A stretch of DNA of 64,000 bases from a virus (taxonomy: Duplodnaviria > Caudoviricetes), in the IMG/VR virus record IMGVR_UViG_3300037067_026718, positions 93,673-157,672 of that record; one strand, 5' to 3'. The stretch's first letter is position 1. The number at the start of each line of letters is the position of its first letter. Of the stretch, positions 18,442 to 28,517 are shown in pieces. The position numbers and the translations under genes were made by a program. The notes below the pieces were generated by a model. It had not been told where the DNA came from. It saw nothing but the letters and a program-made list of their open reading frames with translations, and made no database searches.

Positions 18442-21360
18442 TTACACCATATAGATCTTGATGTGACCACCATTGAAGGGCGGCGTTGCCAACCCCTCCA
18501 CTTCCAGAAGAATCAGCGTCCTGTCATCCTCGTCGACCTGGAACTTGATCATGGTCAAGCTCTGGAGAGCGCCCTTTTTGTCGACGATGAAGTTCCTCGA
18601 AGCGGTGTAGATGGTGTTGAGAAGGGCCATGCCCTTCGCATCCAGCTTGAGGGTTCCAACAACCGAGTCGAAGTTGGTGATCAGGACTGTACCAGCGTAG
18701 TCGAACTGGTGAACGATGCTCTGCTCCATGGTATTGACGGATGACATGTCAGTGGTGACCTGATGGATGCTGTACAAGGGCGAGTTTTCGGTGTCCTGCC
18801 ACACAGCCTCGATACCACCCGAGATCAGATGGTCGAGCGTGGCTTCGTCCTTGAAGCCGTCATCGGGCAGCACAATGCCGGTGAAGAAGAAGTTGACCTT
18901 GGCCTTGGTATGGGGCATGCCGACGTCATTGGAGGCTGCCAGCCTTGCGCACCAGTACACCTGCCAGTAGTACGAAGGAACGGTGTGAGTCGCCCCTCTG
19001 TAGGTCCCCTTGAGGAAGTGTGGCCAAACAAGACGGAATGCCCTGTTGGCGTAACCTTCGGCATAGGCTTTGTAGAGGCATGCTTCGTCGTAGGCTGTGT
19101 AGTAAGCGTTGACCACCCGGTAAGTCCAGTCGGTCATGTCGACGTCGGGGGTCTTGCTGTAGAGCGTGAGAGCGTCGGTTGCCACTGTCTTGATCCTCAG
19201 TTGGTCAACCACTTCTCCATCGGCATCGGAAAGCTCGAGATACCCTCCGGCAATAACCTCTGAGTCCACGAAGTCCTGAGTGATATCGGTGAAGACCAGG
19301 TTGTCTTCCTGGCCGCCCGGTACGTCCTGGGTGTCAACGGCCACGTTCTCCGAGATCCTGGGGAACGAACCGTATCCGCAGACCATTCTCGCGGTGTCGG
19401 GATCCCTCATCCAGTTCACGAACAGTTCCAGGAGGGAGTTAATCTGTGTGTTCTGAACCAGTGATACGAAGGAGTAGGCTGTTTCGTACCGGTTGAAAGT
19501 CCTCAGGTAGGTCAATGTCTTGGCCCACTCGGTTTCATCGCAGAGGGAGTTGTCGACGAAAGCTTCGGGGTCGGATTCGTCGGGGCAGGAGATGAAGACT
19601 TCCTCGGCAACCTGCAGCGCCAGCCAAGTCCCAAACGCGATGGGGTTGTCGGGCACGATCGCCTGATTGCCGCCCATGGTGTCGAGCAGATTGGACCGGG
19701 TGACCCGTATGCGGCTTTCGTTGAGGTCCCCCCTGAGGGCGTAGTAACCGACGAAAGCCTTTCCCTTGGCCGGAAGAACGATCTTGTAGTCGACATACTG
19801 AAGGTTCATCATCGCCGGCAAGGAGAACGTGCCGAGAAGAAGGAGTGAACCGTCGTCCTGGAGAGCAACGTAGATGGGATCGCTTGCCGTACCGTCAGCA
19901 CGGTAGAGAACCACCATGGAGTAACCGGTAACAAGCTCCATCTCCGAGAAGTCAACGGTGTCGTCGGAAAGGCTCATGTCCGTCTCGTCTATGACGCCGT
20001 TGGCTGCCCGGGCTACGATCTTGTAGTAGTCGAAGTCGCCGCCTACTTTGTCTCCTGCCAACGGCAATGTACCTTCGACCATAAGATTGGCGGCTACCGC
20101 GGTAATCCTCTTGATCGTTGTAGTGACTCCGTCGTCAGCTCCGCCCGTCATGCCTGAAGCCGTTACAGTGGTTTCAGTGAAGGTGATGTCGATGTTACCT
20201 GCAGCCGAGTTGTTCTGGTTCTCGAGATCGGCCTGTTCGGAATCTACGCCGTTGACCAGTGCGTCGATTTCGAGTGTCGATGCGTTGATGGCGTCAACCA
20301 AATTGGAGATCATCAAGGTGTCATCGTTGACATCTGATGAATCTCTTTCGGTGGCGACCAGGGTATAGCCGGGAGTGAGGTTGGTTCCTGGGATCCCTCC
20401 ACCGGTAAGGCCGGCAACGGTGATGTTGGCGCCGGCTGCGACTATGGCGACATCGCCATCAGCCGAGTGGAAGTTGTTCGCCACGTAGACGTACCCGCCA
20501 CCCGGGGTGCTGACCACGAAGACATCGGATGCCGCTACATGCTGCGCTGTGATTGCGTTGGCAAGGTTGGCCACTGTAGCCGGTATGTCAAGTCCGATGA
20601 GAACCGCTACGTTGCCGGGTCCCACTCCACCGCCGAGACCGTCATCGAACTCGTACGTTACGGCAGGGTCACCGGTACCGTCATCGATGACAATGGTGTC
20701 TCCATCCGCAGGAAGGCCGGTGAGGAGGATAAATCCAGTCGGACGGTTGCCGTGGTCGAACTGGAAGGTGACGGCATGGCCTTCTCCATCCTCTATGTGG
20801 ACGATGCTGCCGTTTACGTATGTGTCGGCGTTGATAACGCCTTCAGCGGGATGGCCAATAGAGAACTGCCTGAGCATCAGGTAGTCACCTATCTTGGCGT
20901 CGGTGTCAGTGCTGAATCCTACGGCCAGACTGGAATCCTGGAACTCAGAGGCTCCGACTCTCCAGTCGTAGGCCGGATCTCCGGAAGCTTCCACTTCGTC
21001 CTTGACCGGGGTTGTGGTCTGGTCGGAAGTCACGACCACGATTCCGTCTTTGATCGTGATGGAATCTCCCGTCACTTCCCAGTTGTCACCGTCTTCGTCA
21101 GGTATGATTTCCTCTTTGCCGTTGGCGTCGAGAACGATCTTTACTGTGACTTTGCTCGGTATCACAGTTGCCTGATCCATGATGTCCGGAATCGCTGCCA
21201 CCAGGTCAGAGCTTCTGTCGTAGTCACCGATGTAGGCTCCAGTTTCAACCTGGGCCAGGTGACCTACAAGCTGGAGTCTCAGAGTCGACGGAAACCTCAC
21301 CCTGGGGGTGGAGGCGTCAATGAACTCCATCGACATATGCGGTCTGCGGTAATCACTCAT
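18442..21360 (-). CDS. Contractile tail sheath protein with a nested domain insertion
   Basis: 972 aa; C-terminal sheath features ('DNPIAFG', 'RLVWP', 'LDHLISGG', 'HQVTTDMSSVNTMEQSIV..DY', 'PFNGGHIKI'); precedes the tube. Confidence 0.8.
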   Translation of the reverse strand: MSDYRRPHMSMEFIDASTPRVRFPSTLRLQLVGHLAQVETGAYIGDYDRSSDLVAAIPDIMDQATVIPSKVTVKIVLDANGKEEIIPDEDGDNWEVTGDSITIKDGIVVVTSDQTTTPVKDEVEASGDPAYDWRVGASEFQDSSLAVGFSTDTDAKIGDYLMLRQFSIGHPAEGVINADTYVNGSIVHIEDGEGHAVTFQFDHGNRPTGFILLTGLPADGDTIVIDDGTGDPAVTYEFDDGLGGGVGPGNVAVLIGLDIPATVANLANAITAQHVAASDVFVVSTPGGGYVYVANNFHSADGDVAIVAAGANITVAGLTGGGIPGTNLTPGYTLVATERDSSDVNDDTLMISNLVDAINASTLEIDALVNGVDSEQADLENQNNSAAGNIDITFTETTVTASGMTGGADDGVTTTIKRITAVAANLMVEGTLPLAGDKVGGDFDYYKIVARAANGVIDETDMSLSDDTVDFSEMELVTGYSMVVLYRADGTASDPIYVALQDDGSLLLLGTFSLPAMMNLQYVDYKIVLPAKGKAFVGYYALRGDLNESRIRVTRSNLLDTMGGNQAIVPDNPIAFGTWLALQVAEEVFISCPDESDPEAFVDNSLCDETEWAKTLTYLRTFNRYETAYSFVSLVQNTQINSLLELFVNWMRDPDTARMVCGYGSFPRISENVAVDTQDVPGGQEDNLVFTDITQDFVDSEVIAGGYLELSDADGEVVDQLRIKTVATDALTLYSKTPDVDMTDWTYRVVNAYYTAYDEACLYKAYAEGYANRAFRLVWPHFLKGTYRGATHTVPSYYWQVYWCARLAASNDVGMPHTKAKVNFFFTGIVLPDDGFKDEATLDHLISGGIEAVWQDTENSPLYSIHQVTTDMSSVNTMEQSIVHQFDYAGTVLITNFDSVVGTLKLDAKGMALLNTIYTASRNFIVDKKGALQSLTMIKFQVDEDDRTLILLEVEGLATPPFNGGHIKIYMV

Positions 21361-21369
21361 GGTATCCTC

Positions 21370-21966
21370 CTAAGGCCCACGTACTTCAATTCGGACGACT
21401 GGAGCGTCTCTATGGTAAACATAATGTTCGCTTGTCTCGACTCTGAGCAGCACCGGTACATCCACCAACTCCATTCCTGCCTTTTCATCCTTTATTGTAC
21501 TCGCTTTTCCCTCGCTGTCAAAGGTGATGCTTCTGTACCTTCCGAGGGCATAAAGCTCATCCTTGTGAAAGCGGAAGATCATGCGTACGTACTTGGCCAC
21601 TATCTCGGCGATGAACTTGTCATGGTGGAGGCAGTGGATAACGATCGGGCTCAGATCGGAGAACATGAATGAAGTCTTTGCTTCTCTAAAGTCGTGGTGT
21701 ACAAGGTTCTGATGGAATGCCTGATATCGTTCTCTCTGCTGAAGAGCTTCGACCACAAGATGAACCGCAGAGCGCTGCTTGAGGGTTTCCTGGGAAAGAG
21801 AGTCTTCGAACCTGACAAACAGAGTGGATCTCTCCGGGCTATCCGGAATTGCCAGAAGGTCCATCGTCTTCCCCGGACCTATCTCGATCGACCTCTGTCT
21901 TTGGAAGAAACTCTCGAGGAAATCCGCAAAGTCCTCCTTGACAGTCTCCTTGGTCATCACAGGCAT
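21370..21966 (-). CDS. Putative tail terminator/neck protein
   Basis: 198 aa immediately before the sheath; synteny. Confidence 0.45.
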   Translation of the reverse strand: MPVMTKETVKEDFADFLESFFQRQRSIEIGPGKTMDLLAIPDSPERSTLFVRFEDSLSQETLKQRSAVHLVVEALQQRERYQAFHQNLVHHDFREAKTSFMFSDLSPIVIHCLHHDKFIAEIVAKYVRMIFRFHKDELYALGRYRSITFDSEGKASTIKDEKAGMELVDVPVLLRVETSEHYVYHRDAPVVRIEVRGP

Positions 21967-22049
21967 CTGGTAGCACTACCTTTCCGCTGGTCCATACGAT
22001 CAGGGATCCAGGGGCGACCATTTGCAGGTCACCCCCGGATCTCCTATCC

Positions 22050-24881
22050 CTAAGCCTCTTCGACGACGACTGTCCAGCCATTGATCTCAAGGGCTGCCAT
22101 AGCGGCCAAGCCTGTCGCACTCGGCACGGCATTGCCGCTGAGGTCGATGTAGCAGGGATCCACGACACCGTCGTCGGTACCATTCTCCATTCCGGTAGCG
22201 GTGATGGAAGTACCTGCTTCAGTAATGACCACGTTCCCGGCTGCTCCACCGTGCTGGTTGACAAGGTCGATGACCAACGGGCTCAGCTCCCGCACAAGAG
22301 CATCAATGTCAAGCGCGGAGAGGTTGATGGCATCGCAGAGGTTTGAAGTCGTTTCCTCTTCGTTGGCGGTCATGATCACAGGAATGTTCGGGGCTACCAC
22401 GTTGTCCCCGGGATCCACTCCGCCGGACATCCCAACGAGCTGAAGATTGGCGCTCGTGGTTGTCATCAGTACGTTGCCTGCCTCGAGGTAAGCCGAGTTC
22501 TTGAGGGAACAGACATTGAGAAGACCTCCGGCTGCATCGAAATCAAGATGCCCCAGGCCGGCCTCAGCATCAATCGCAGCTCTGAGGGCAACGCAAGTAG
22601 CGTTTCCGATCGTCGAGTCCGCTCCTCCAGCCAACCCGACTACATCGAAGGTTGTACCGACCTCAACCATGGGAACGTCACCGGCCACTCCCGGAACGTC
22701 GTGCGTGATGTTGAGCTGTTCGTCGTCGACTCCATCTACTTCCGATGTAATACTGATACCAGCGGCATTGATCGCCGTGTTCAGAGCTGATATGACAGCA
22801 GCTCCGTCAATTGCATCTGCCTTGCTTCTTTCAACAGCGATCAGGACATTGCCTTCGGTTACATTGGCCCCTGGAGCCGCTCCGTTGGAAAGGCCTACGA
22901 CGCTGATGTTGACGCCGGAGCAAGTGATGGCCACGTTGCCGTCTTCGCTGTGGAAGTTGCTTATGAGTTGGATGGTGTCGTCTCCAGCAACAGACGCTGC
23001 CCATACTTCCGATACATCGGATGAAGAAGCCAGATCGATGGCTGTTTGAAGGTTGTCTCTGGTCCCGGCGAGAGTACCGGCGATGAGTACTTCAACATGG
23101 CCGGGGATGATGCCTCCGCCGTCATCAAACTCGTATGTCAGGGCTGGGTTGACGCCGTCATCAATCGTAATGGTATCTCCTGCCGACGGGATATCAGCAA
23201 GGGTTATGTGGCCAGTAGGCCGGTCTCCATGATCGACCTGGAACACCACCGCAGGCACAAGACCATCCTCTACCTGAACAGTATCGGCATTCTGGTAAGC
23301 GCCATAATTGATCGTACCGCTTGAATGGACGGCCGATGATCCCGGAGTGATTGCTACGGCAACATGGCCTGGCTCAACAGCAGCATTGTCATCGAACTCG
23401 AACACCACTGGGTCGTTGACTCCGTCATCTATGGTGAGGATCTCACCATCACTGGGATTTGCTCTGTTACCGACGAGGTCTTCCAAAGTGATGGATCCAG
23501 TAGCCTGAGTACCTTCATCAAGCTCGAAGGTTTCTTCGATGCCTTGACCGTCGTCGATGGTCACTGAATCACCCGTGGTGATGTTACCGGTGTTGAGGGT
23601 AAGCGTTCCGTTGGCATGCACGGCCAGTGTTCCGGCCATGTCTTCCAGGATATCGTCGACCATGGCTTCAGTGAGGCCGAGGTCCTTGAGGCTCATGTCC
23701 CATCCACCGTGGCCGCTCCAGTCACCGCCGTCGGTATAGGCATCCACAGCGCATCCGTCGAGGACGAAAATGTATCCATCCGCAGCCGCCATGTCGATGA
23801 GATCCGCCACGTCTCCTTCGATGAGGGACCCCGAGATGTCCAGGTAGGTATTGAGCGGGGTTGCAGCAATGATGGCCGCGAGATCTCCTTCGACCTGAGT
23901 GCCTCCAAGATCAAGGACAAGAAGCTCATCCATCGCTGCCGTCATTGTTTCTGCCGAACCGATGAGAGTAACGCAGCCATGAGCCAAGAAAAACTGCATG
24001 GCTACCAATGTGGCAAGGTCGGCAGCGTCGCCTTCAATGGCACTGCCATCCATTCGAAGGTCTGTCATCGCTGTATACCCTGCGAGGTTGACAATGTCGC
24101 CTTCGATCGCGGTATCAACGATGTTGAGCTTTGTGAGGGCTGCGGATGCCGTTCCGCCAAGGGATGTCAAATTACCCACCACCTGAGTTCCCTCGAGGTC
24201 GATTTCCCTGAAACCTTCAAGCAAGGCAAGCTCGCTGATGTTGCCGCGGATGTTGCTGTTGGAGCAGTCGAGATAGCAGAGTTCTTCGACCTCGCTTGCT
24301 CCCCTCAGCGTGGTGCCGAGGAAAGACCGTATGCCGGAAAGGTAGAGGGAGATGATGCCGGCTCCTTCGTTGACAGCCGCAAGGGCTTTCATTCCTCCGG
24401 AGATCACTGTCCGGGTGCCGTTGACGTGGAGGGTCTCCAGCAGCGGAAGCTTTGTCAGGACTCCCAGATCGAACCTCACCACTGCCGGGGTTTCCCCGGA
24501 GATGTTCATCTGGATGCCGGTCACTATGGCATACTCGCCGCGGATCCTTATGGGGAACACGCCGGATGACCGGTAGTAATGAGTAACGGTCATGATCGCG
24601 TCATCAAAGACTGCGGATGTTACAGAGGCATCTCCCCATTCAATGGTGAGCTCAGTGCCGTCGTAATCCGGAGACGGGCTGAAAAACCTGAATGTGAGAG
24701 GAACCACCATTCCTTCGCCTTCGACTTCCACGGCATCGGCCATGTCGACGTCTGCACTGCAAAGGCTGGCGCTGATCAGATCGATCTGCTCCCGCCTTTT
24801 CCTGTTGCTCTGGTTTCTGGAAATGAATGATTCCCTGACAACAGGGAACCGTGGAGATGCGTAAATGTCCCGGTCACTCAT
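22050..24881 (-). CDS. Leucine-rich-repeat virion protein with an N-terminal PKD-like domain and four nested repeat domains
   Basis: Start MSDRDI with GGAGG SD; 'IEWGD..THYY' PKD-like; LRRs of LxxLxLxGTxIxGD type; acidic 'IDDG..FEFD' repeats. Confidence 0.7.
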   Translation of the reverse strand: MSDRDIYASPRFPVVRESFISRNQSNRKRREQIDLISASLCSADVDMADAVEVEGEGMVVPLTFRFFSPSPDYDGTELTIEWGDASVTSAVFDDAIMTVTHYYRSSGVFPIRIRGEYAIVTGIQMNISGETPAVVRFDLGVLTKLPLLETLHVNGTRTVISGGMKALAAVNEGAGIISLYLSGIRSFLGTTLRGASEVEELCYLDCSNSNIRGNISELALLEGFREIDLEGTQVVGNLTSLGGTASAALTKLNIVDTAIEGDIVNLAGYTAMTDLRMDGSAIEGDAADLATLVAMQFFLAHGCVTLIGSAETMTAAMDELLVLDLGGTQVEGDLAAIIAATPLNTYLDISGSLIEGDVADLIDMAAADGYIFVLDGCAVDAYTDGGDWSGHGGWDMSLKDLGLTEAMVDDILEDMAGTLAVHANGTLTLNTGNITTGDSVTIDDGQGIEETFELDEGTQATGSITLEDLVGNRANPSDGEILTIDDGVNDPVVFEFDDNAAVEPGHVAVAITPGSSAVHSSGTINYGAYQNADTVQVEDGLVPAVVFQVDHGDRPTGHITLADIPSAGDTITIDDGVNPALTYEFDDGGGIIPGHVEVLIAGTLAGTRDNLQTAIDLASSSDVSEVWAASVAGDDTIQLISNFHSEDGNVAITCSGVNISVVGLSNGAAPGANVTEGNVLIAVERSKADAIDGAAVISALNTAINAAGISITSEVDGVDDEQLNITHDVPGVAGDVPMVEVGTTFDVVGLAGGADSTIGNATCVALRAAIDAEAGLGHLDFDAAGGLLNVCSLKNSAYLEAGNVLMTTTSANLQLVGMSGGVDPGDNVVAPNIPVIMTANEEETTSNLCDAINLSALDIDALVRELSPLVIDLVNQHGGAAGNVVITEAGTSITATGMENGTDDGVVDPCYIDLSGNAVPSATGLAAMAALEINGWTVVVEEA

Positions 24882-24977
24882 GATTTCTACCTCCGTTTTC
24901 TGGGCCGCAGGGCCCAACTGCTTACAATGGGCACGCCTTCATTGTACTCGTTTTGGAACAAAAGGCCAGTGGCCATA

Positions 24978-25826
24978 TCAGTCTTCTTCACGCGAGAAGT
25001 CTGGTATGATCTTGCTGCTGTCTCTTGTCTGTTTCCATCCCCTGTTTTCTCTTTTCTGCACGGCATCATACAAAGAAGGAACGCTCAGCTTGTATGTGGC
25101 GTCATCACTGGGGATCCTGTTGCCTGTGAATATCTGCCGAAAAGGAAACCCCTTCATATCGGTCACATTGATGCCAGGGGCTATTTCCCACCTTATCCCC
25201 ATGCTGTCTACAATGAGATCCTTGGCCTTGAGGAGAGGATAGTTGGTCGTCCACATTCTGCGGGAATCAATGGGGATCTCTACGCCGGCGTAAACCATTC
25301 TTGTACTGTTGAGGTTGGACTTGGCAATAAAGCCAAAAATAGGCGTGTAGTAGCCTCCAGCGACTCCCGTGCCATAACAGACATCGCAGGTTGAGGTAGC
25401 GCCGCCACGGCGTCCACAGACGGGGCAACGAGGCCCCCAGGTCCTTCGGATGAAAAAGTGAGCCGGCTCTCCTACAGTCCTGAGAAGAGCCTCGAGTCTT
25501 TTAACCATATGGAGGGCTGCCTTGATAGGCTGGATCATAAATGTGGTTGGATCGCTTTCGTGCGAAACAGTAGTTGTCTCACTGGTTACAGAGCATTTTA
25601 CTTTATAATAAAGGCGCCTAAGATACTGAGTAGGATCAATTGAAAAGTCTCTGTAGTAATTGTTGTCGCCGAGCGGTACTGAGTCCAACTCCGTCCAAGG
25701 TCCCTCCGGGGATTCAGACCTTGAGACAGTGATAACGGCTTCACCGGGAGCAATGTCCTCGATGCACCATTCTATCTCTACATGGTCTGCATGCAGCGGA
25801 AGGACCCTGACGTCGTAGACTTTCAT
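24978..25826 (-). CDS. Putative head-closure/neck protein with an FN3-like N-terminus and Zn finger
   Basis: 'CPVC...CDVCYGTGVAGGY' CxxCxGxG motif; position after the adaptor. Confidence 0.5.
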   Translation of the reverse strand: MKVYDVRVLPLHADHVEIEWCIEDIAPGEAVITVSRSESPEGPWTELDSVPLGDNNYYRDFSIDPTQYLRRLYYKVKCSVTSETTTVSHESDPTTFMIQPIKAALHMVKRLEALLRTVGEPAHFFIRRTWGPRCPVCGRRGGATSTCDVCYGTGVAGGYYTPIFGFIAKSNLNSTRMVYAGVEIPIDSRRMWTTNYPLLKAKDLIVDSMGIRWEIAPGINVTDMKGFPFRQIFTGNRIPSDDATYKLSVPSLYDAVQKRENRGWKQTRDSSKIIPDFSREED

Positions 25827-26254
25827 GTTATGGATAACCCAGATACAAGTTGCCTGTTGATGCTCTGGGCTGTCTTGTACGTCTCGGCCCTCTTGGATGC
25901 CCGGGCGTAGATATCTGCCCTCATGGCCTGGAGAACCTGTATTTTCCGGCTGGAGTCCAGCATGATCTCGCCACCGGTTACATACGCCTGATCGTTATGG
26001 ACAAGCACAAAGATGAGTCTCTCTATGACCCTTGCCAAAGCGTAGTCCAGCAGTATGGAACGGGCAGGCATCGTCTTCAGCGTGTATGTGGTCGGAGTGG
26101 TCTCGATGTTGAAGTCCTCCAAAGCGTCTTGCAGCGCTTCGTGCATGACTTCCTCACCCAAAGCCACCCCGTCTTCCACGTTGTTGTAATCGGGGATGTC
26201 CATGAGGCGAGACCGCAGCCGACCGACTAGATCGTCAGGTCGTTTTGCCGGCAT
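25823..26254 (-). CDS. Putative head-tail adaptor
   Basis: 143 aa helical protein two genes after the MCP. Confidence 0.45.
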   Translation of the reverse strand: MPAKRPDDLVGRLRSRLMDIPDYNNVEDGVALGEEVMHEALQDALEDFNIETTPTTYTLKTMPARSILLDYALARVIERLIFVLVHNDQAYVTGGEIMLDSSRKIQVLQAMRADIYARASKRAETYKTAQSINRQLVSGLSIT

Positions 26255-26263
26255 GTGCTCTCC

Positions 26264-26932
26264 CTACTGGTTGGTCGTAAGAACGATGGCTCCGTAGTAA
26301 TCCATGGTTTTCTGCAGCAGCTCGGTCCAGGGCTCTGCGCCGTTGGCTTCCTTTATCCTGGCCTCGAAAGCCTTGGTGACGAAGTCCACGATGTCAGCTT
26401 TCTTGGTGAGCTGCTTGTCGATGTCGATGGCGTACTCTTCCGCAAAAGCTTTGATCTCTTTTACGGTGAGCTTGGCAAAATGCTCACTGGTGTCCATGAT
26501 GCCATCGTTTTCCCCGGGAGCGATGGGCTCCTTTTCAGGCTCGATTGCTTCTGTCGGAGCGACCGTTTCCGCCTGGCGTTCTTCCCGCTCTTCGTCGGCG
26601 CCCATGTCTACGATGCCGGCGAGGTCACTTATGGAAGTGGTCTTCCTGAGCTTCTGGGCTTCGTCAACCTCTTCCTTCTCGATCGTTTCCTCGATGGCCT
26701 TCATCTCTTCACGGCTCTTCGCCCTCTTGAGAACGGAGTAGTTGGCCGAAGAAGGTTTTTCAACGACGGCTGTCTCGTTCTTCTCGGCATCAATCTCTTC
26801 CTGCCGGGACTTGAACCTGGTTACGCTCGATGGATACAGGGATTTCTTGGGACGTGCAGGCGGATCGGCAACCGGAGTCCTCATGGAGCGTCTGTCGGTG
26901 CGTCCCACTCTTTTCATGCGTTCAACTGACAT
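26264..26932 (-). CDS. Acidic protein with a Rho-N/HeH-like motif
   Basis: 'AKLTVKEIKAFAEEYAIDI..LTKKADIV' motif; such genes often follow the MCP. Confidence 0.5.
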   Translation of the reverse strand: MSVERMKRVGRTDRRSMRTPVADPPARPKKSLYPSSVTRFKSRQEEIDAEKNETAVVEKPSSANYSVLKRAKSREEMKAIEETIEKEEVDEAQKLRKTTSISDLAGIVDMGADEEREERQAETVAPTEAIEPEKEPIAPGENDGIMDTSEHFAKLTVKEIKAFAEEYAIDIDKQLTKKADIVDFVTKAFEARIKEANGAEPWTELLQKTMDYYGAIVLTTNQ

Positions 26933-26957
26933 TGTTGTTTCCTCTCTGAGAGACGGC

Positions 26958-26978
26958 CGGGGGGGCAGAAGCCCCCCC
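26958..26978 (-). terminator. GC hairpin after the major capsid gene
   Basis: gggggggc-agaa-gccccccc inverted repeat just downstream of the MCP stop. Confidence 0.5.
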
Positions 26979-26993
26979 TGTGAAGCCGTTTTT

Positions 26994-27929
26994 TTATTCG
27001 CTGAACTCGACGTCCACGTAAGCGCAGGCGTAGACGTTGAAAACGCCCGACCCGGTCAGCTTCTTGCCCATCATGGTGATGTCTTCGAGGTCGGTGTCGA
27101 TCATGACCTTGGTGTCGCCATCGGGAAGCACGTAGTTGGTACCGCAGAACTTCTTCGCGGTAAGCGAGACGATGCGGTTCTTGGGGAAGTGCTTCATGCT
27201 GGTGACGATGAGGCGCCTGCCGAAGAGGGTGGTGGACTTCCAGCCCTCTTTCATGGTCTCCCAGGTGCCGATGTTGAGATCGGTTTCGTCCATGGTCTCG
27301 GCTTCGTTCAGAAGCCATTTGTGGATGATGGTGATCTCGGAGAGCAGCTCACGAACCTGCGGGTCGTCGTGTGCCGGTCCACCGCCATCGATGTACTGGT
27401 TGGGGAGCATCAGCGTGCGCTTGTTCAGGCCGCTGATGGTGGCGACATCGTGGTAACCGGTGTAGTCGGCGGCGGCGTAGATCTGGTTGAGCCACATCTG
27501 GTCCTGGACCTTGGCGATGTAGAGCGCGATGTTCTCCTTGAACTCGTCTTTCACGGAGACATCGAGCATCCTGAGCTCGTCGACCTTCTTGTGGTACTCC
27601 GGGGACTTGATCGGTCTGATCGGAGTTGCGAACTTCCTGTTCTTGATGAATTCACCGTTGGGGTCGCCATCAAGGTTGGTGTCGACGGCGGTGAACTCAT
27701 GTGCGAACCTGTCAAGAACGTAGAACGTGTCGTTCTCGAGCGCTTCCTGAATCCTGATGGGGTTGTGGTCGGGTTCGAAAGCGGCATCCCTGATGGAATT
27801 CTCGAGGATGTTCTCGCGGAGAAGATCGCTCTGTTCCTGAGCTATCTTGACCCTTTCACTGGGATCCTCAATCCTCTCCGCGAAGAGAGTGTTGTAGATC
27901 CTGTTGTCGATGCTGGGATCATTTGGCAT
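26994..27929 (-). CDS. Major capsid protein (HK97-like fold)
   Basis: 311 aa; strong C/G third-position codon bias, AAGGAG SD, 3' hairpin; 'IALYIAKVQDQMWL' spine helix and 'TLFGRRLIVT' motif; canonical position. Confidence 0.75.
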   Translation of the reverse strand: MPNDPSIDNRIYNTLFAERIEDPSERVKIAQEQSDLLRENILENSIRDAAFEPDHNPIRIQEALENDTFYVLDRFAHEFTAVDTNLDGDPNGEFIKNRKFATPIRPIKSPEYHKKVDELRMLDVSVKDEFKENIALYIAKVQDQMWLNQIYAAADYTGYHDVATISGLNKRTLMLPNQYIDGGGPAHDDPQVRELLSEITIIHKWLLNEAETMDETDLNIGTWETMKEGWKSTTLFGRRLIVTSMKHFPKNRIVSLTAKKFCGTNYVLPDGDTKVMIDTDLEDITMMGKKLTGSGVFNVYACAYVDVEFSE

Positions 27930-27980
27930 TTTCAGCTCCTTCCGTATCTGAAAGCCTGAGTTTCACTTGCATTCACCGCT

Positions 27981-28505
27981 CTAGGTCAGTGTCATCTGGG
28001 AGGGCACGTCGGAAAGTCTGACCTTCATCATACCGTTCTCCACACCGGCCACCGCGGGGACGAGAACGATTCCGTACACGAAGGCCATGTTGCTGCCGTC
28101 AACCAGCTCTATGGCCGGGCAAAGCACACCGTAATCGGCGGTGTCGCCGGCGGCTGCACGCACGGCGCTCTGGTCGAATGTCCAGGCCAGGGGCATGCCC
28201 GAGAAGTACGGGTCGCCGGCGGGAGTCTTGAACATGTCGGTCCAAAGCTCGATGGGAACCTTGGCCATGGTGGCCTTGCCCGTGATCGCCACGTCGCTTC
28301 TGGTCGCGGTGTCCTGGTGGTTGACCCAGATGATGTAGGGATACTCACCCGGAGTGATGCCATCAGCACCCAGGCTGAAGACGGCTTCGCCGTCGGCATC
28401 GGCTATGATGATGCCGCCCTCGCCTTCGAGAAGGTCGGCATCGGTGTCATTCATCCTGACGCCTTCCAGCTCGTACATTTTCTTCCTGTTCACGATCTTC
28501 ATCAT
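27981..28505 (-). CDS. Putative head decoration/minor capsid protein
   Basis: 174 aa beta-rich, highly biased codons, directly upstream of the MCP. Confidence 0.55.
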   Translation of the reverse strand: MMKIVNRKKMYELEGVRMNDTDADLLEGEGGIIIADADGEAVFSLGADGITPGEYPYIIWVNHQDTATRSDVAITGKATMAKVPIELWTDMFKTPAGDPYFSGMPLAWTFDQSAVRAAAGDTADYGVLCPAIELVDGSNMAFVYGIVLVPAVAGVENGMMKVRLSDVPSQMTLT

Positions 28506-28517
28506 GATATCGACCTC

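Noticed and set aside
868-21966. Bacterial contractile injection system (eCIS/T6SS/tailocin)
   Set aside because: Linked terminase, protease, capsid and long tape measure indicate a genuine phage.
21975-22045. Imperfect hairpin between the LRR gene and the tail terminator gene as an ncRNA/tRNA
   Set aside because: No cloverleaf; most simply an mRNA stabiliser or weak terminator.
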